DNA of 64,000 nt from positions 25,090,299 to 25,154,298 of the forward strand of contig NC_134025.1 in the NCBI RefSeq assembly GCF_964204645.1, read 5' to 3'. Positions 12,601-26,121 of this stretch are shown here, piece after piece. The position numbers were made by a program, and so were the translations under genes. The notes under the pieces were generated by a model that was not told where the DNA came from, searched no databases, and worked only from the letters and a program-made list of their open reading frames with translations. Each line of letters starts with the position of its first letter. Within the stretch, counting starts at the first letter, position 1. Origin of the DNA: Tubulanus polymorphus. Its lineage: Eukaryota; Animalia; Nemertea.

Positions 12601-14982
12601 GACGATACGGTCGTAATGATTAAGTAGAACTCGAATGATTGGAATTCTTGGAGTGATAGATCCAAGTAAATCCCCAAATGCTTCATTGTACATGTATGGC
12701 TTGGCCGGAGGACAACACACTGCAAACGAAAATACATTCATCATGTTCGTATTTCACATTTTGTGAAAAATATTCTAGTAATTAATTAATAAACGTTCAC
12801 ATGATTAGTCTAGATAAATTCTGTTATCATTCGATGAATTCTTTAATTGAATCAAATATTCGCTGGTTTTATGGACGAAGTTTGGCATTATGAAGGGCAT
12901 AGTTCTCAAAAACGCTGGACCTATTATTGCCTGGTGATTGTTCTTTTTCTAATTTAGCACCTAACAATTTTTTCAGCATGCGGTCCAGACACCAATCTCA
13001 GCATATATACATATACATATATATATGTACGGCAATTCACGTGTCGAATTGATTTACATTATGTGGCACTTTTAGTGTGATTACGTGTCGGATAAATGCA
13101 ACTGTGGATAATTGAGAGAAGTTAGTTTACGGGGCACTGTGGACAATTTTGACAAAGTATGGATTGTCGAACAACAGTATATACTTATTGTATAGAGTGT
13201 CGTTGACATAAATAAAACACTCATGTCAGATAATCGTATGTACTTGTTAATTAGTGATCAAAATAATTAGTATTTATGTTATGATATATAAGCGATCTCA
13301 GAGCAGTTTCCCGGCTCGATGTCAGTAGTGAGAGCGTAAGATATGATAAACATACCAATCTTGATTGCACTCGAACGCGTTGTACCAAGGACTCTTTTCG
13401 TTTTAAATATGATTTAGAAGAATTTATGATATATGATTTATGATTTAGAAGAATTCTTTCAGATTCTTTCTTTCATTGAAATCTCTGAATAATTCCAAAT
13501 AAAGGGTATGGTTCTAATTTGCTTACCTGATAATTTTTTGACGCTGCTGAAGACCTGCGCGCCAGTTCCGCAGGACCAGGTACCGGAATGCTCATACGCG
13601 TTCAGGTAGTAGATGTAAAGCCTGTAAAGCGAGTCTCCGACGCATTCAACTTTCAGACGACTTTCATCGTAGATATTCGATTTATCGAAGCTACACGACT
13701 CCGAATCGACGTTGATCGTCAAATTGTGATCGTGATTTTTCCAGTAAACGTTCGAATCGCAAACACTCGGCGTCCGAGATTTGATCGTGCATGTTATGAT
13801 AACGGTAGAGCCCTGAGTTTGCGTACTGTTGTTGATCTCCACCTTAGAGTGACTACTTAAACATTTCACCGCGAACAAACCTGAAATGATAAGATTCATG
13901 GGGAATTTTGAATATTGTAGAAAAAAACCGACAGGAACAAATAAATTGACTATAAAAAAGCAAACATTTCTTAAGATTGATTCAGAAAGAATACATCGGT
14001 TTGAGAATTTTGGAAAGTGAAAAGTGGGACAAGTTTCCATTTTTTACATTGCTTATATTGGTGCCTACTCTACTTTTACCCCTGTGCGTGGTGATAAGAC
14101 AAGAACGATACCATACTGTGTCTTAAGATCTGTGTCGATCATAAACCTTTTAGACAGAGAATCTATCTCCGGGACACAATGTCTAGATGTTTCATCTTCT
14201 TTCGTTTCTCACAATGAGCTGCACTGATCACAAAATGTCAGCTCCTATACCGCCTAACCGAAGCTCCGATGCCTTCACGGACAAATAAGCATTCAGCTCA
14301 AAGTCACGTCATTAATTACAACAGCGTGACACCTCATTAACGTTCTGCTGGCGACTGCTGTTTGTTCTAGGGTTTGTGTGGTTTCGAATTTAAACATGAT
14401 CATATATCGATTTCAAATCGGAATTGTCGCGCGTTTCCAAAAGCCGACAAGAGCTTCAAAACAAACATCACGTAGTATTGGTTTATCGTGAAGGTTTATT
14501 GAAATCTTACAGTAAACGAATCATCGCCGGTATAACGGCTCTATATACGCAACCAGACGAGTTGCCTCCATTTCAGCATCCTGTATCACGTTGCGATTAT
14601 TATTCGGCTTAGAATCTGCGCCTGTCTCATCAGATAGACTGACGAGAGTTCATGCGAAAAATCCGCTGAGATCGCCGTGATCGCGGATAGATGTTTCCGG
14701 AAATATGAATATAATATATACATGTATATGCATAAATAAATGTATGCATTTTTGCCGCGTTTCGAGCTATCGGGCGTCGCGTGTAAGACTTGAGCGTTCG
14801 TGTAAATCTACGATCGAGATTTTGAAATATTTACCTCGTAGTCGAAGACAGATTAGTATTGTTAGAACAACACCGATACTGGCAACTTTAACCTGTAAAA
14901 TACGAATAAAAACAAATGCATTCCAGGTGAAAACGGGATTAAGTTAATTAACTACGAGTTGTCTGTAAAATGAAGATACCAT
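9662..14982 (-). CDS. Immunoglobulin-superfamily single-pass membrane protein (signal peptide, 4 Ig-like domains, TM, basic cytoplasmic tail; about 593 aa)
   Basis: Minus-strand exons: 14980-14982 (ATG|gtatct), 14835-14892 (signal VKVASIGVVLTILICL), 13527-13880, 12351-12719, 11965-12246, 11524-11880, 11237-11330 (TM), 9662-9926. The total of 1782 nt is in frame. The four Ig exons are phase 1-1 with motifs ITCT..VYW..SGTWSC, YTW..FICQAAN.YG, ITCTAENGNPPP..LWCKA and LRCQT..IIW..AEYRC. The identity of the first exon is uncertain. Confidence 0.8.
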
Positions 14983-17900
14983 TGATTTTTCACAACTGTT
15001 GTTCGCTTATTCTTTAGTTCTGCCACTTTCGCAATAGATTTCTAAACTATTTCGGTTTACTCGATTCAACATGCGTACAAATATACATAGATAAAAACAA
15101 AACGTATGAAAATTCGAAAAGATTTATGACGTTTCAATTTGTAATTAAAAATGACATAATGTCCACGGAAAAAAAATCGATCATAATTCAATTGGGATTT
15201 TATGCATATATATATATTCATGATATTAAGTGGCTACGAACAACATTTCCCGTTGACATTTATCAACTGGGCCTAACCCTGTATAAATACATTTTCTGCA
15301 ATATTTACGTTTATTTTGGGCCATCACATCCGAGTTATTTATACGCGGCCTTAATAACATGGTCAACAGTCTACCGGGTAGATTTATATGGCGTTCCCTG
15401 TACGTCAAGAGACACTTGAAAAAAATCCCCGCCATATTGACAGTAACGATGCACATGTATAACAATAAGTGATATTATACGTATATGTTCGCTTCCCGAC
15501 ATGAAGTACAATATTCATATTTATGTACTAGTCACAGTAACAACATGTTCTAATGTGTCAGTCACAGGGTGAACCATTACCGAAAAATGCTGTCGAGCTA
15601 ATTTGTGGTGGCAAAGTTCGTGGAATCCTCGAAATAGCTTTCCAATAGGTTCTGTTGCCGCTATTTGATACTTGACTACTGTCGGAAACCGCTTTCAAAT
15701 ATACACACTTCCTGTTGGCCACATTTTAAAGTGGAAGGCAAAGTACGTCACAAAAATGCATCTTAATGCTAAATATATGGCATAAAAAGTACTTGTTTAT
15801 GCTTTGGCTGAGATTTTGATATTTTAAAAATGAAATACATGAGATATGTAAATGTATTCATCATAATCTATATGATATATTGGAATAACTAAATGCAATA
15901 CTGAAATTTCAAGATATATTTTCTAACACTTTTGCAAGAACGAAAAAAGAACAATATCAAGTTACAGAAGTGCACATTATTTTCTTCGAAAAGATACGAA
16001 ATAAACGCCATACTTGACAACTTTCATATTTCATATTGTAAGTGACTACATACGTCTACAAATGTATAAAAAAAAACTATTGAATGTATGTTTTGGCAAT
16101 TTTCCACAAATTCTTTCGCTTCTTTCGGCACAGATCGATTCGTTCGTCATCTTTGCTTCAATCACGATATCGGGGACAGAGTTTTGTGCAATCCGTGATT
16201 ATTTTCGTTTTTACGACCTATCGCTGCCACTGATTGAGTTGTTTGCTGGAACCGGCTCGGGTTTCTCGTTCGAAAATTATCATCGGTCAATCAATTCAGG
16301 CAGCTCAATAAACACTTGGACTGAATTCGATCGGATATACTCAGTCACAATACATATATATCATATATATGTATTACGAATATTTTTTTCAAAATCCAGA
16401 AATTTATTTTCGATACGAAGTTCAGGATAAAAGATCAAATATAGAAATTTTTACCAAACAATAAGTGCATTTGTTAATGGAGTTCGTTAGAGTGAAGGGG
16501 CTGGAATGTTTGATGATTACGGAAACGTATTTGGAAATCGTGCCATTCCTTATATGAATCAAATTCAAATGTCATTTCAAACCATTAAACGCAAGTATTT
16601 AATACATTCTCTAAACCTTTAGGATATTCCATTTGATGATACAGAATGTAAAAATTTGTTATCAATATTCAAAGTACGTCCTAGCTTTATAAAATACCGT
16701 TGCATTACCGAGATGAGTATATGCTTTATATACATATATGAGATGCTTTATCGATATTGACGCCGATATTACGATGTAAACGAAGTTATAACAAATCAAT
16801 CGCTTGCTAAATCGATACCAGACGTAGCTATAAGAATTATACAGTTATGAATAAAAACATTACCGGATGAGTAAAACATCTAAGTCTCTGTTTTCGCTCT
16901 CAATCGAGGTTTTTGAATATAGTGCCGTTTACTGTTATAATTCTTGTAATGTGTATTTCGTAATTTGCAACATGTTTCAAATACTTTCATATTCTCGGCA
17001 AAAATCAAGTTCGTCCAAATCATTTGTCGCGCGATATAACAAAATGATTAATCTAAATAAATATAAATTAATCTAAATATATATTTAGACTCCTGAGTCA
17101 TTTCGACTCAGGATTTTCAACTTCACGGTTGTGAAAACCCCCTTGAGTTGAAAGAGTACATTTTTAGAGGCAGATAATCTAGCGAAAAGGCGTTAGATCT
17201 TGCGACCGTCCCAAAGGATGCATTCCCTCGTACTCAGCATCACGACATTTAGATCTTTATACAAGCATTAAGCCGTATGAATGACTCGTAACGAACGCCA
17301 TAGTAAAGCGATAAATATTCTTTTATTTCTCAGAGAATGAATGTGTCTTTTATCGTAAATTTGCCTCCGCCAAATAGAAATCACGGCAATGAAAAGGATT
17401 GGCAGGAAACGCCTTCAAACTACGTTTAGACTTTAGTCAAAATCTATAGCCATTGATTGGTATTCCATGTAAGAATATTTCCAACTAAAACGTTTTTTAT
17501 CTTCTTAACATTTTAACAGCCTACTGCTAAATCTATACTTCAGCTCGATGGAATGTTCAGACAAATTCAAACAAAGCACTCCCCATTATAGACGTTGTTT
17601 AGTGTTTAGAACTATTTGATATCCTACGTGCTGCAGGGCGGTGTCTATTGCGATCAAATGAATGTGGATATTGTTATGTCATCATTTATTAAATTCCAAT
17701 TCATCCGCGGTAACAAAATATCGTCGGCGTGCTATTTATAAAACAAGTTGAAGGTGATATCTTTGTCTCGAAGCCTTCAAGGTTTGATGTTATATCGTTT
17801 ATTTCCAGATTAAATTCTAATAAGGGATCCCGTGCGCGGAGAAAACAATTTCATTTATAACTTTTGTTCAATAATCTTTCCAGCAGTCGAGACTTGCTCG

Positions 17901-19217
17901 TTGCCCAGGTCGCGCGTTTCAGGACTGCATTATACCTGGACAAAACAGTTCTACGTTGTATCCATAGTAACGGGAAAAGCCTGTGGGAATTTTATGTTCG
18001 TTTGAATACAGCGGGAGGACTGTTGCGCCGGATTGATGTATGAATGCGTTGTTACCGATTTGATGGCAGTTTTATGGTTATGCCTATAATTGATGATTCT
18101 CAGTTAGGGCAATGACTCGAGTCTATCGGGGCACCTGATATGATACTAACCACGAAAAACGTCCGTAGCTTGATATTCGTGGGTATTGATCCTCTTGATG
18201 CGGTTTCCTTGACATTCATCTCTCCAGTCTGACCGGGTATCCGCGTGTAAATATTTAAAATGTCACTAATCGTTAATCTATTGTTTGATAAACCATTACC
18301 GCTCTAAATCCAATTCATTCGTCATCCTGATAATAGCGAGACCGTCAAGACGTTTGATAGCATTATAACGTCTTGCCATTGATTCTTGCCACAATTTTCC
18401 GAACAAACGTTTTAACGATCACTTATTCCGAAAATGCATTTTTGCTTTATTTATTCTTGATGATTAATTAGGGTTGATCATGGTTTTTCACTGGTGACAC
18501 AACAGTAAATCTTATTCAAATCATGGACTCTAAAATGAAGTTCGTGTTCAAATTAATTTCCCTTGTCTTTCGCTCCCAATTCCTGCGCGAAATGCCGTTT
18601 TGGATGGGATTGGCCAAAAGGATGACGTTGTGATAAGTAGAACAAAACTTGGCGCCATGCAAGGTTAACTTTGTCCACTTTAAGTGAGAGAAAATAGGTA
18701 TCGAATTACTCTAATTTCAGATAATAGTTCACGCGTCGGGTCATTACGAACTGTTGACACTTTGTAGTGGTAAATAGTACAATTGTCGCCTTCAAGGAAT
18801 TGCAAAGGCCACTTACTCATGAAACCTTGCGAGATGATAGTACTTTAATAGATGGGAATATTCGATTATGCTAGTCTGGTGTTTTATCGCAAATTTACTC
18901 GAAAAGCAAATCGATGACCAGCCGTCACCAGAATTCATAGCAAAACGTTGTTTCCATAACGACAAGATCAGGATCTAAAAATTGGTTTACTACGCTTGCT
19001 CAGATCTGGTACCCAATAACCCGGCCTCGTTCGGTCGACTTGAGACTTAGAAAGAAATGCAGAAAATGCAAACGTTAACATCTATTTTCGTACGCGGAAT
19101 TAAAGCTAATTTGTTCAAGGTAAAACGCGAATATCGAACGCGCAGGAAGCCATAATAAGAACGAAGGCGCAAATGGGAGCTCACAGAAACATGCACAGTT
19201 TCGCATATTGTGAGTAG

Positions 19218-19231
19218 GTTTCTATAGCAAC
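19218..19231. promoter_or_regulatory. RFX X-box-like motif GTTTCTATAGCAAC
   Basis: Matches the 14-bp X-box consensus GTYNCY-AT-RGNAAC. Function is not shown. Confidence 0.35.
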
Positions 19232-22200
19232 CATGGGTACAGATCGCCTAGCAGTACCGATGGAAATTGCAGCTCACACGCGGACAAAATCCATCAGATC
19301 CTGTAACCAAAACAACCAAAGGACAAATATCGGATTGTCAATTAGGCACCCATCTATTCAACGACCACCTTACGACGTACTTTTTCATTTATGGAGTTTT
19401 TTAATTACAAAGTATAGATATCGATAAACCACGAGGTATCTAAATTCCTAGAGAATCTTCAGAAATTAAGAATAGAGACCACGCCCTGGATACGCGTTGT
19501 GAATAGTGCACTGCTCGACCGACTTCCAAGCGTTTCCGCTGTCAAAATGGTGCGGAACCGGAGACATCCTGAAGATGACATTTCACATTATCCGAAAAAC
19601 CATACTACAGACAAAGAATAGATTTTGGCTGTGGTTCAAAGGTCAACGTAATGTCAGAAATCTTAGTTTGTTATAACTTCGCCGCAGGCTCCTTTGAGAA
19701 CTGATGTGATAATCTGCTATGTAGTCATCGCATCCACCGTTAATAACATACCGCTCTATTCTATTAAGACTCGAGTGGGTCTTATTTTTGTCCGTCTTTC
19801 TGTCATTTATTTGCAGACTATACGAAGTCTTCTGAAATGACTAGCGAGACGATGAATACAAAACAGGCTGGAGCAGTGCTAATTTACTCGATGCGCTAAA
19901 ACCTGCAATAATAGTTCCTTGATTACGAGCTAGAGCAAACCATTGTGACGACTCGAATGGCTGGGATATTAATTAATCAAGATGGCTTCGTTTCAGAATT
20001 CTTGCGTAACATGGTAAATTTAAGTAGTTGCTTCAGGGCACAGGTTTAATGGTCGAAGGTTACGATGCTTGTACTGCGTAACACTGTGACATTTCCCTTG
20101 AGTGTGCGTATGCATTTTGTGCCTTCGACGCTTATGACGCGTTATTAATGCACACAGATATTACGTCTCGCAATTCCTCATGCGATTCAATTCCTGAAAA
20201 TGATACGTAGTTTCATCATTACCATTCAATACTTTATTGAATAAATTTATGAGTTTTTATTTGTATTTACAAAGCTAAAAGATATCTTGAAATACAATTT
20301 CCTTTTCGATCTTAGGTCGATCTTAGTCCATGTTGAATGCGTTTTACTTGAAATAGCACGTATTTTAAACACATTAATAACTTCAAACTCGAATCTAGCG
20401 TCGGGTGGAGCGTTGCAGCAACATGCTTTTAGCATTAATTGACGACGGACATGAAAAATTAATAGCTTTTATGATTAATGTACCGAGCACTTCTGTGCAG
20501 TCTTAAATGGTCAGGTCTGGAGCAGGGTTATCAGGTGTGAAACAAGAAACACGAGTGGAAATAAAGATCAGAATTCTCCGCCGCTTGTCATTTTTATGAG
20601 CAGCATTAGATTCTTTCGAGCGGGGCCACTTTGAACCAGCATGGTGACGTTGAGATAATGTCCCATGGTAGATCCTCCTGGCAGTGGTCCAGTCAACGAC
20701 GTCCTGGGAAACGCGAGAATCGATGGTCTACAGGGACGTTGTCATATTTGAGAGCTCAGGATTGATTTCCACCATTAAACTACGGGATCCTGGGACGACG
20801 CGCATCGTGAAGTCAACAAACATGTCGGCCAGTTACATCGTCTGCGTAGCACAAACCATGCTCAGGTTACCGTCCAGGCACACCCAGACCTTGGAATTTG
20901 ATGTACATTTCAGATGTCATTGAATGTAGTCGGGCATTGATTATGAGTCACGAAATTGTCTACTAAATTATTATATATATTATATAAGCTTCTACATTAT
21001 GGTCCATGCCAATTCGTCAACCCTAACCTCAGCATGGGTTCTGGGACTTCATTTTTATGTTTGGTCCACTGGGGCGCCAGTTTTATGGGCATATTCGTGC
21101 TACGAGTAACCATATCTGATTCACAATTTCCATTCGACGCCAACTGATTTATCCGTTCACGTTATGTTAGAGATGTCGAAGTTTTCTATCGATTGGAACC
21201 CCTTAGTCACTAGTAGTAGTAGTAAGATCGGTGCGAAGTTCGGTGCATCGGGCCGATACCAGTGGCATCAATTACCATCCAATGCTATCGTCGGATGCAT
21301 CTTGTCAAATAACCAGCCACCATATAAAACGACGATTCAGATTTTGCGGTGGCTTACCATGAGTCACTTTGAAACAGTAAACTGACCGCGTCGTTTTCGG
21401 TACTTTCCTTAATCCATCTTCAAACATGACGTATATAATCTTCTTCAGACGAGTCATAAAATTTCGATTCCGCGGTGACCTGAGGGAATCGACAGTCAGA
21501 GGTAGCCATTCCAAGAAATCGGAATTTGTCATCTCGGATAAAAATCAAAACGTGAAATCATAAATCATAAGGGGGATCCCTGGGAGTTTTTTTGGTCAAT
21601 AATTGTCTCAGGTTTTCGTCCCGAGGTGGAAAATCACCAGACCTCATTATAGGTGCGGACTAACACCAACCCTTGATTGCTTGCAGTCGTTTACAAATCT
21701 GAGGGATCAGTTGGAATTAATTTCGTCAGCTTTGAATGATCACCCGTTAGCGTTAGCATCTAATGGCCTCTGCATCGATTTGAAACTCGAAGACAAAGTG
21801 AAGTATTATGCACCCTTACAGATTTACCAGTTCAATTGTGATTTTCAGGACGACTAGATTCGTGTCACATCGGTGAGAAAATGTCACCTAGATAAGGGTC
21901 AAATTGATGTCACACTCGGAGCTAATGGTGGAAAAGAGTGCAGAAAATTTGTCGAGTGAGTCATATTATGAATGGACGAAGATGCACTCCATCGATTCTA
22001 CACTTTGACAGAAGCCGTATATTTCAAGGTCTCCGCCATTTAGGACAGAATCCAATTATAGTACCGAACCTTATTCAACGCCGTATAATTACATTCAATT
22101 TGATTAGACACAGGACTCGCGGTTTAAATATCAATTTTGATCAACGAGTTAGTTGGAAAAGGATGTTACCAGCAATGCTTTAATACATAGCGAGAATACG

Positions 22201-23549
22201 CGCATCTTGCACCTTATAGGGAGCTGGTGACATGTAACCCATTAAATCAAGTCCGGTAGTACCGGTGATATCCATAATACTGACTTATAAATATGGATTA
22301 ATTGAGTTCGCAGCTATACATACAATGTAGTTAGGACCTGCAGACCTCATCAGTAAATCACTCTATCAAATATAAGTAGCTAAATGACATGGGCAAACAC
22401 ATAAACCTCTAATGGACAGGGACCGAACCACTTTCGCGTCATTGGCCATTCCAGACATCGCTGTCGACTACTTACTGAGATAAGCAAAATTAGATTTAAA
22501 TGAAAATCAAAACATTAAAGGACTTAGTATTTGATTACGGATTGCAGATCTATTTGTACGGATGGCTTCGTAGAAGTCTTCCAATTCGGCTGCTTATATT
22601 TTTTTTATTTTGCCGTGTACCAAACATCCGGTCATTCGTGATACCAATTCCTTTTGGATATGAAACTATGTTTGCAATGTCGTTTAATATCTAGATTGTT
22701 TTTGAAGAGCGCAGACAACGTATCTGTTTTATTTTACATCAGAATCAATATATCGTTGTAATTTTGTCGTTAAACGCATAGCCGTCATGAATAAAACACA
22801 ATCCACGCTACTACAGCCTATACGCGCAATACGAGAAGCATCGCTTCTCTCTGGTTATCGTGATCATGATTATTGTCGATGAAAATCTTTATAAAGAACG
22901 AAGCCTGTTGGAAATAATCCGTTCTGTAAAGTCTGGCGTATATTGTATCGTGTGACTTATTGTTCATCGTTACATAAAGGGGACAACTGCAGTTCACGCA
23001 TTTTCAATGCCTTTGTCGCCAAGTTTTTTATTCTCTGATAGGGAATTATTTCGATATTTCCACCCGCATGATATTTCCTGTTGATATGCAGACGCATCCC
23101 TCGACAATATATAAAAATTAGCGGAAAATCAACAACGCCGAGCCACTTTACAGAAATAGATCATTGAAGTGTTTAGATTTTATCGAAAAGAGAAACTGGT
23201 TGAAGAATTGCTACAGGGGACATTTCTAAGTTGGAAAGCTTCGGAGGAAATGAATAATGCGGGTTTTTATTCACCATGTATCTCGGTCAGCCCCCGCCTT
23301 CTAAACAAGGGGCCCTTTCTCAATATGAATAATGCATCAGTAATCTGCCAAGGCCGCCGTATATCACAAGATAAAAATACTAAACGAAAAAACGTTCCAG
23401 GGAAAATTAATGCGTATATCTAGGTTATCAGGTTTAGACAGAAGAAATTATACTTGATTTAGCTTAGCTAGAGCATTTATAGATTCCATGGGATATTATA
23501 CTGCATCTTTTTGCTATTGCGTTGTACCTTTCGAACTCATGATACTCAC

Positions 23550-23870
23550 CATGTCACACGTCTATTCTGATGATATCGTAGTAATCCAGGTTCCTCTTGC
23601 AGCTCGTACGCGCAAAATAAATCCACGCTGATTGCAAAGATATTCCGGAAATTTCTGTCGACGAATGCAAATCATTCCAGATTAATTTCCAAAACGAAAT
23701 TACATAGTTTTTCGAGAGAAGATTTTTATCGCCACGCGCGCGAAACGACTGTAAATCAGAAACGAGACATCGGAGTCGATTGATGAAGCGCGCGAAAAAT
23801 CGACGAAGACTCGGCAGAACGGCAAGAGCAGATGCGGAGAGAGAAACAGATGAAACCGAGCGGGTAATAG
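23550..23870 (-). other. Candidate upstream first exon (5' UTR plus ATG only) of the Ig-domain gene
   Basis: The minus strand reads ...GTGTGAC ATG|GTGAGT, a consensus phase-0 donor, with an in-frame TAG four codons upstream of the ATG. The phase matches the acceptor at 14892. The upstream sequence is CpG- and pyrimidine-rich. The 5' boundary is approximate. Confidence 0.5.
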
Positions 23871-24301
23871 TGCTGCTACCTATTCACAGCAGAAACATTC
23901 AATTGTAGGTCAATTGTTGACGAATGGGCAAATACTAGCAAAATAATCACGTTTGATTACTACTGGCAAGGTTTGTGCCGTGGTAATTATCAATTCTTCG
24001 AAAATGATACGTTTTTGTATGGGGGTTGCGTTGGTGCTTTATTGATAAACGGCGGTGGTGACATTCATGATGATCTGTTGGCATAAACCTAAATCAAATA
24101 GCTTGTCACTTCCATTTATGATTGATAAAAAAGAAGTCGTTGCGTAGTTGATAGATACCACGTCGATGATGTAGTCGATATTTTAGTAATAAATGTTTTC
24201 AGGGCTCCTGTCGTTTTTTTTTTGCGGGAAACTTACCTCGGTATTTTGTCTAATCCTCGGACAACGGAGTCAAGTACAATTCTTCTGTAAAATTGTTTGT
24301 A

Positions 24302-24431
24302 CAGTAAACCTCGCTTTATACTCGGACACAGCCAACACGGCTAATTTGGACGAAAACGAAATCATCCTATCCTGAACTCGGACTTCGGACCTATTTTACC
24401 GGTCCCAGTTCGTGTAAAGCGAGGTTTACAG
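24302..24431. mobile_element. Tc1/mariner-pogo (Tigger-like) MITE, 130 bp
   Basis: TA|CAGTAAACCTCGCTTTA ... TAAAGCGAGGTTTACAG|TA: a 17-bp TIR with one mismatch and a TA target duplication. Confidence 0.8.
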
Positions 24432-26121
24432 TATCAGATTCTTATTTTCTGAATTTATGAATCATTTTGACCTTTCCCCTCATTGATGTGACCGAAGGTA
24501 TGCGGACTATTTTTGCGTCAACCGCAAAATAAGTTGTTTCCGCCTTTATCCAAATTATGGGTCGTATTATAGTTATACCTCATTTGTGCAGTCGTTTTCA
24601 GCAAGAAATCGGCACAGCGGGTGCGAATTCCATTAATTTTCTAATTTTTACCAGTCCAGTACAGATGGAAGTGTCACGGATGCAATTCATCAAGAGCTTA
24701 CTTAGACTTTTCTTCGAAATGTTTTATTATTCATAACAGGCAGGCCCATGCCGAGCTATTTTTCGGGGCAACGACTCTCCTTCAGCGCGAAAAGACACTT
24801 TCCTTTGAAAAAGGACAGATATGATTTTTTCGATAAGCTAAACTTTAACGTGCCATTTATGATCGAATTTTTAATATTCATTTGCGATATTCAAAAGTAA
24901 CATACTGTATTTACAAACAATTTTGCCGAATGATTACTTTTTAAATTCCAAAAAACAGAAATTGTATCCAAATTTCGAAAAATCTTGACACTAATTTACT
25001 AGCACTGACTTTTTGAAGGGCACCACTACTCGCTACCCCAGAAACCCCCTTCAAGGCCTGAAAGGCTCAATTCTGGAAAAGCCTCAAATATCCATGTTTC
25101 GAAAAATCCTCTACAGCTTTCAGAGACAAAAAGCTTATAACGAATATATTCAATGTTTTAACATCAACCTTTTATTGGGGTTCTTTAAGACCTAAACAAG
25201 TGAAACATCGATACAAAAATAGTAAACTACAAATTCGTCTCAATTTGTATAGGAAACCCTTTGCCCTGCTATAAGAATATAGCTTAGTCATCAAAATCTT
25301 GAGTTCAAAAAGAATTTCTATACGAGAGATAAAATCGTAAAAATCATTCAATGAATCGTCAATTTTTTTCTTTAAATATTAAGTTCATTGGTGTCTTAAA
25401 TGGCATTCATTTTCCATTCCATTACAAAATGAACTTTTCTAAATATATAAATATAAACGTGCATTCCATGCATTGTATCGCTAAGTATCTGAACTGGCCA
25501 TGAAAATACTGCATGCGCGTCGACACTGTGCTGCCATCTATCTATCAGATCCAAAAGTTTGCAACGGTGTTTCTGACACATCACCACATCTATCATCGCC
25601 GCACCACAACTTGGCAGTGAAATATAATTTACATAATAGTAAACCGAATATACATAGACAATCAATATATACACACGGCTTTACAGGTTGTTCAGTAACC
25701 TCTCTAGGCTATATATAAATAATCCAGAAATATCATATGACACAAATGATGAGGAGGAATCTATCAATACGAAAAACAAGACAACTTCTCAATCCACATA
25801 AATAATTCTCAGACAAGAATAAACTAGTTCGATTTCATATAGCATACCGGTAGTACATCAAAGGTCTACTTTTCCCCTGGAAACATTTTTTTCACACCCG
25901 GAATCTATGCAAGCGGTAAATTGAAAAAGAAAAAAAGTTATTCATCTGAGCAAAAGAATATCAGCATATTCATACGTAACATGATGAAATCATTCCACCG
26001 TTAAACTGAAAAAACAACCATAAAATTGCATCCTTCTTGTAAGCTAATAAACATAATGCTTTACATTCTAATGAACTATGCACCATGAAAACTAAGTCAT
26101 GGTAAATTAATGCTCGGTCAT

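Noticed and set aside
16010-16030. ATG AAA GTT GTC AA|GTATGG as the first exon of the Ig gene
   Set aside because: This phase-2 donor is incompatible with the phase-0 signal-peptide exon.
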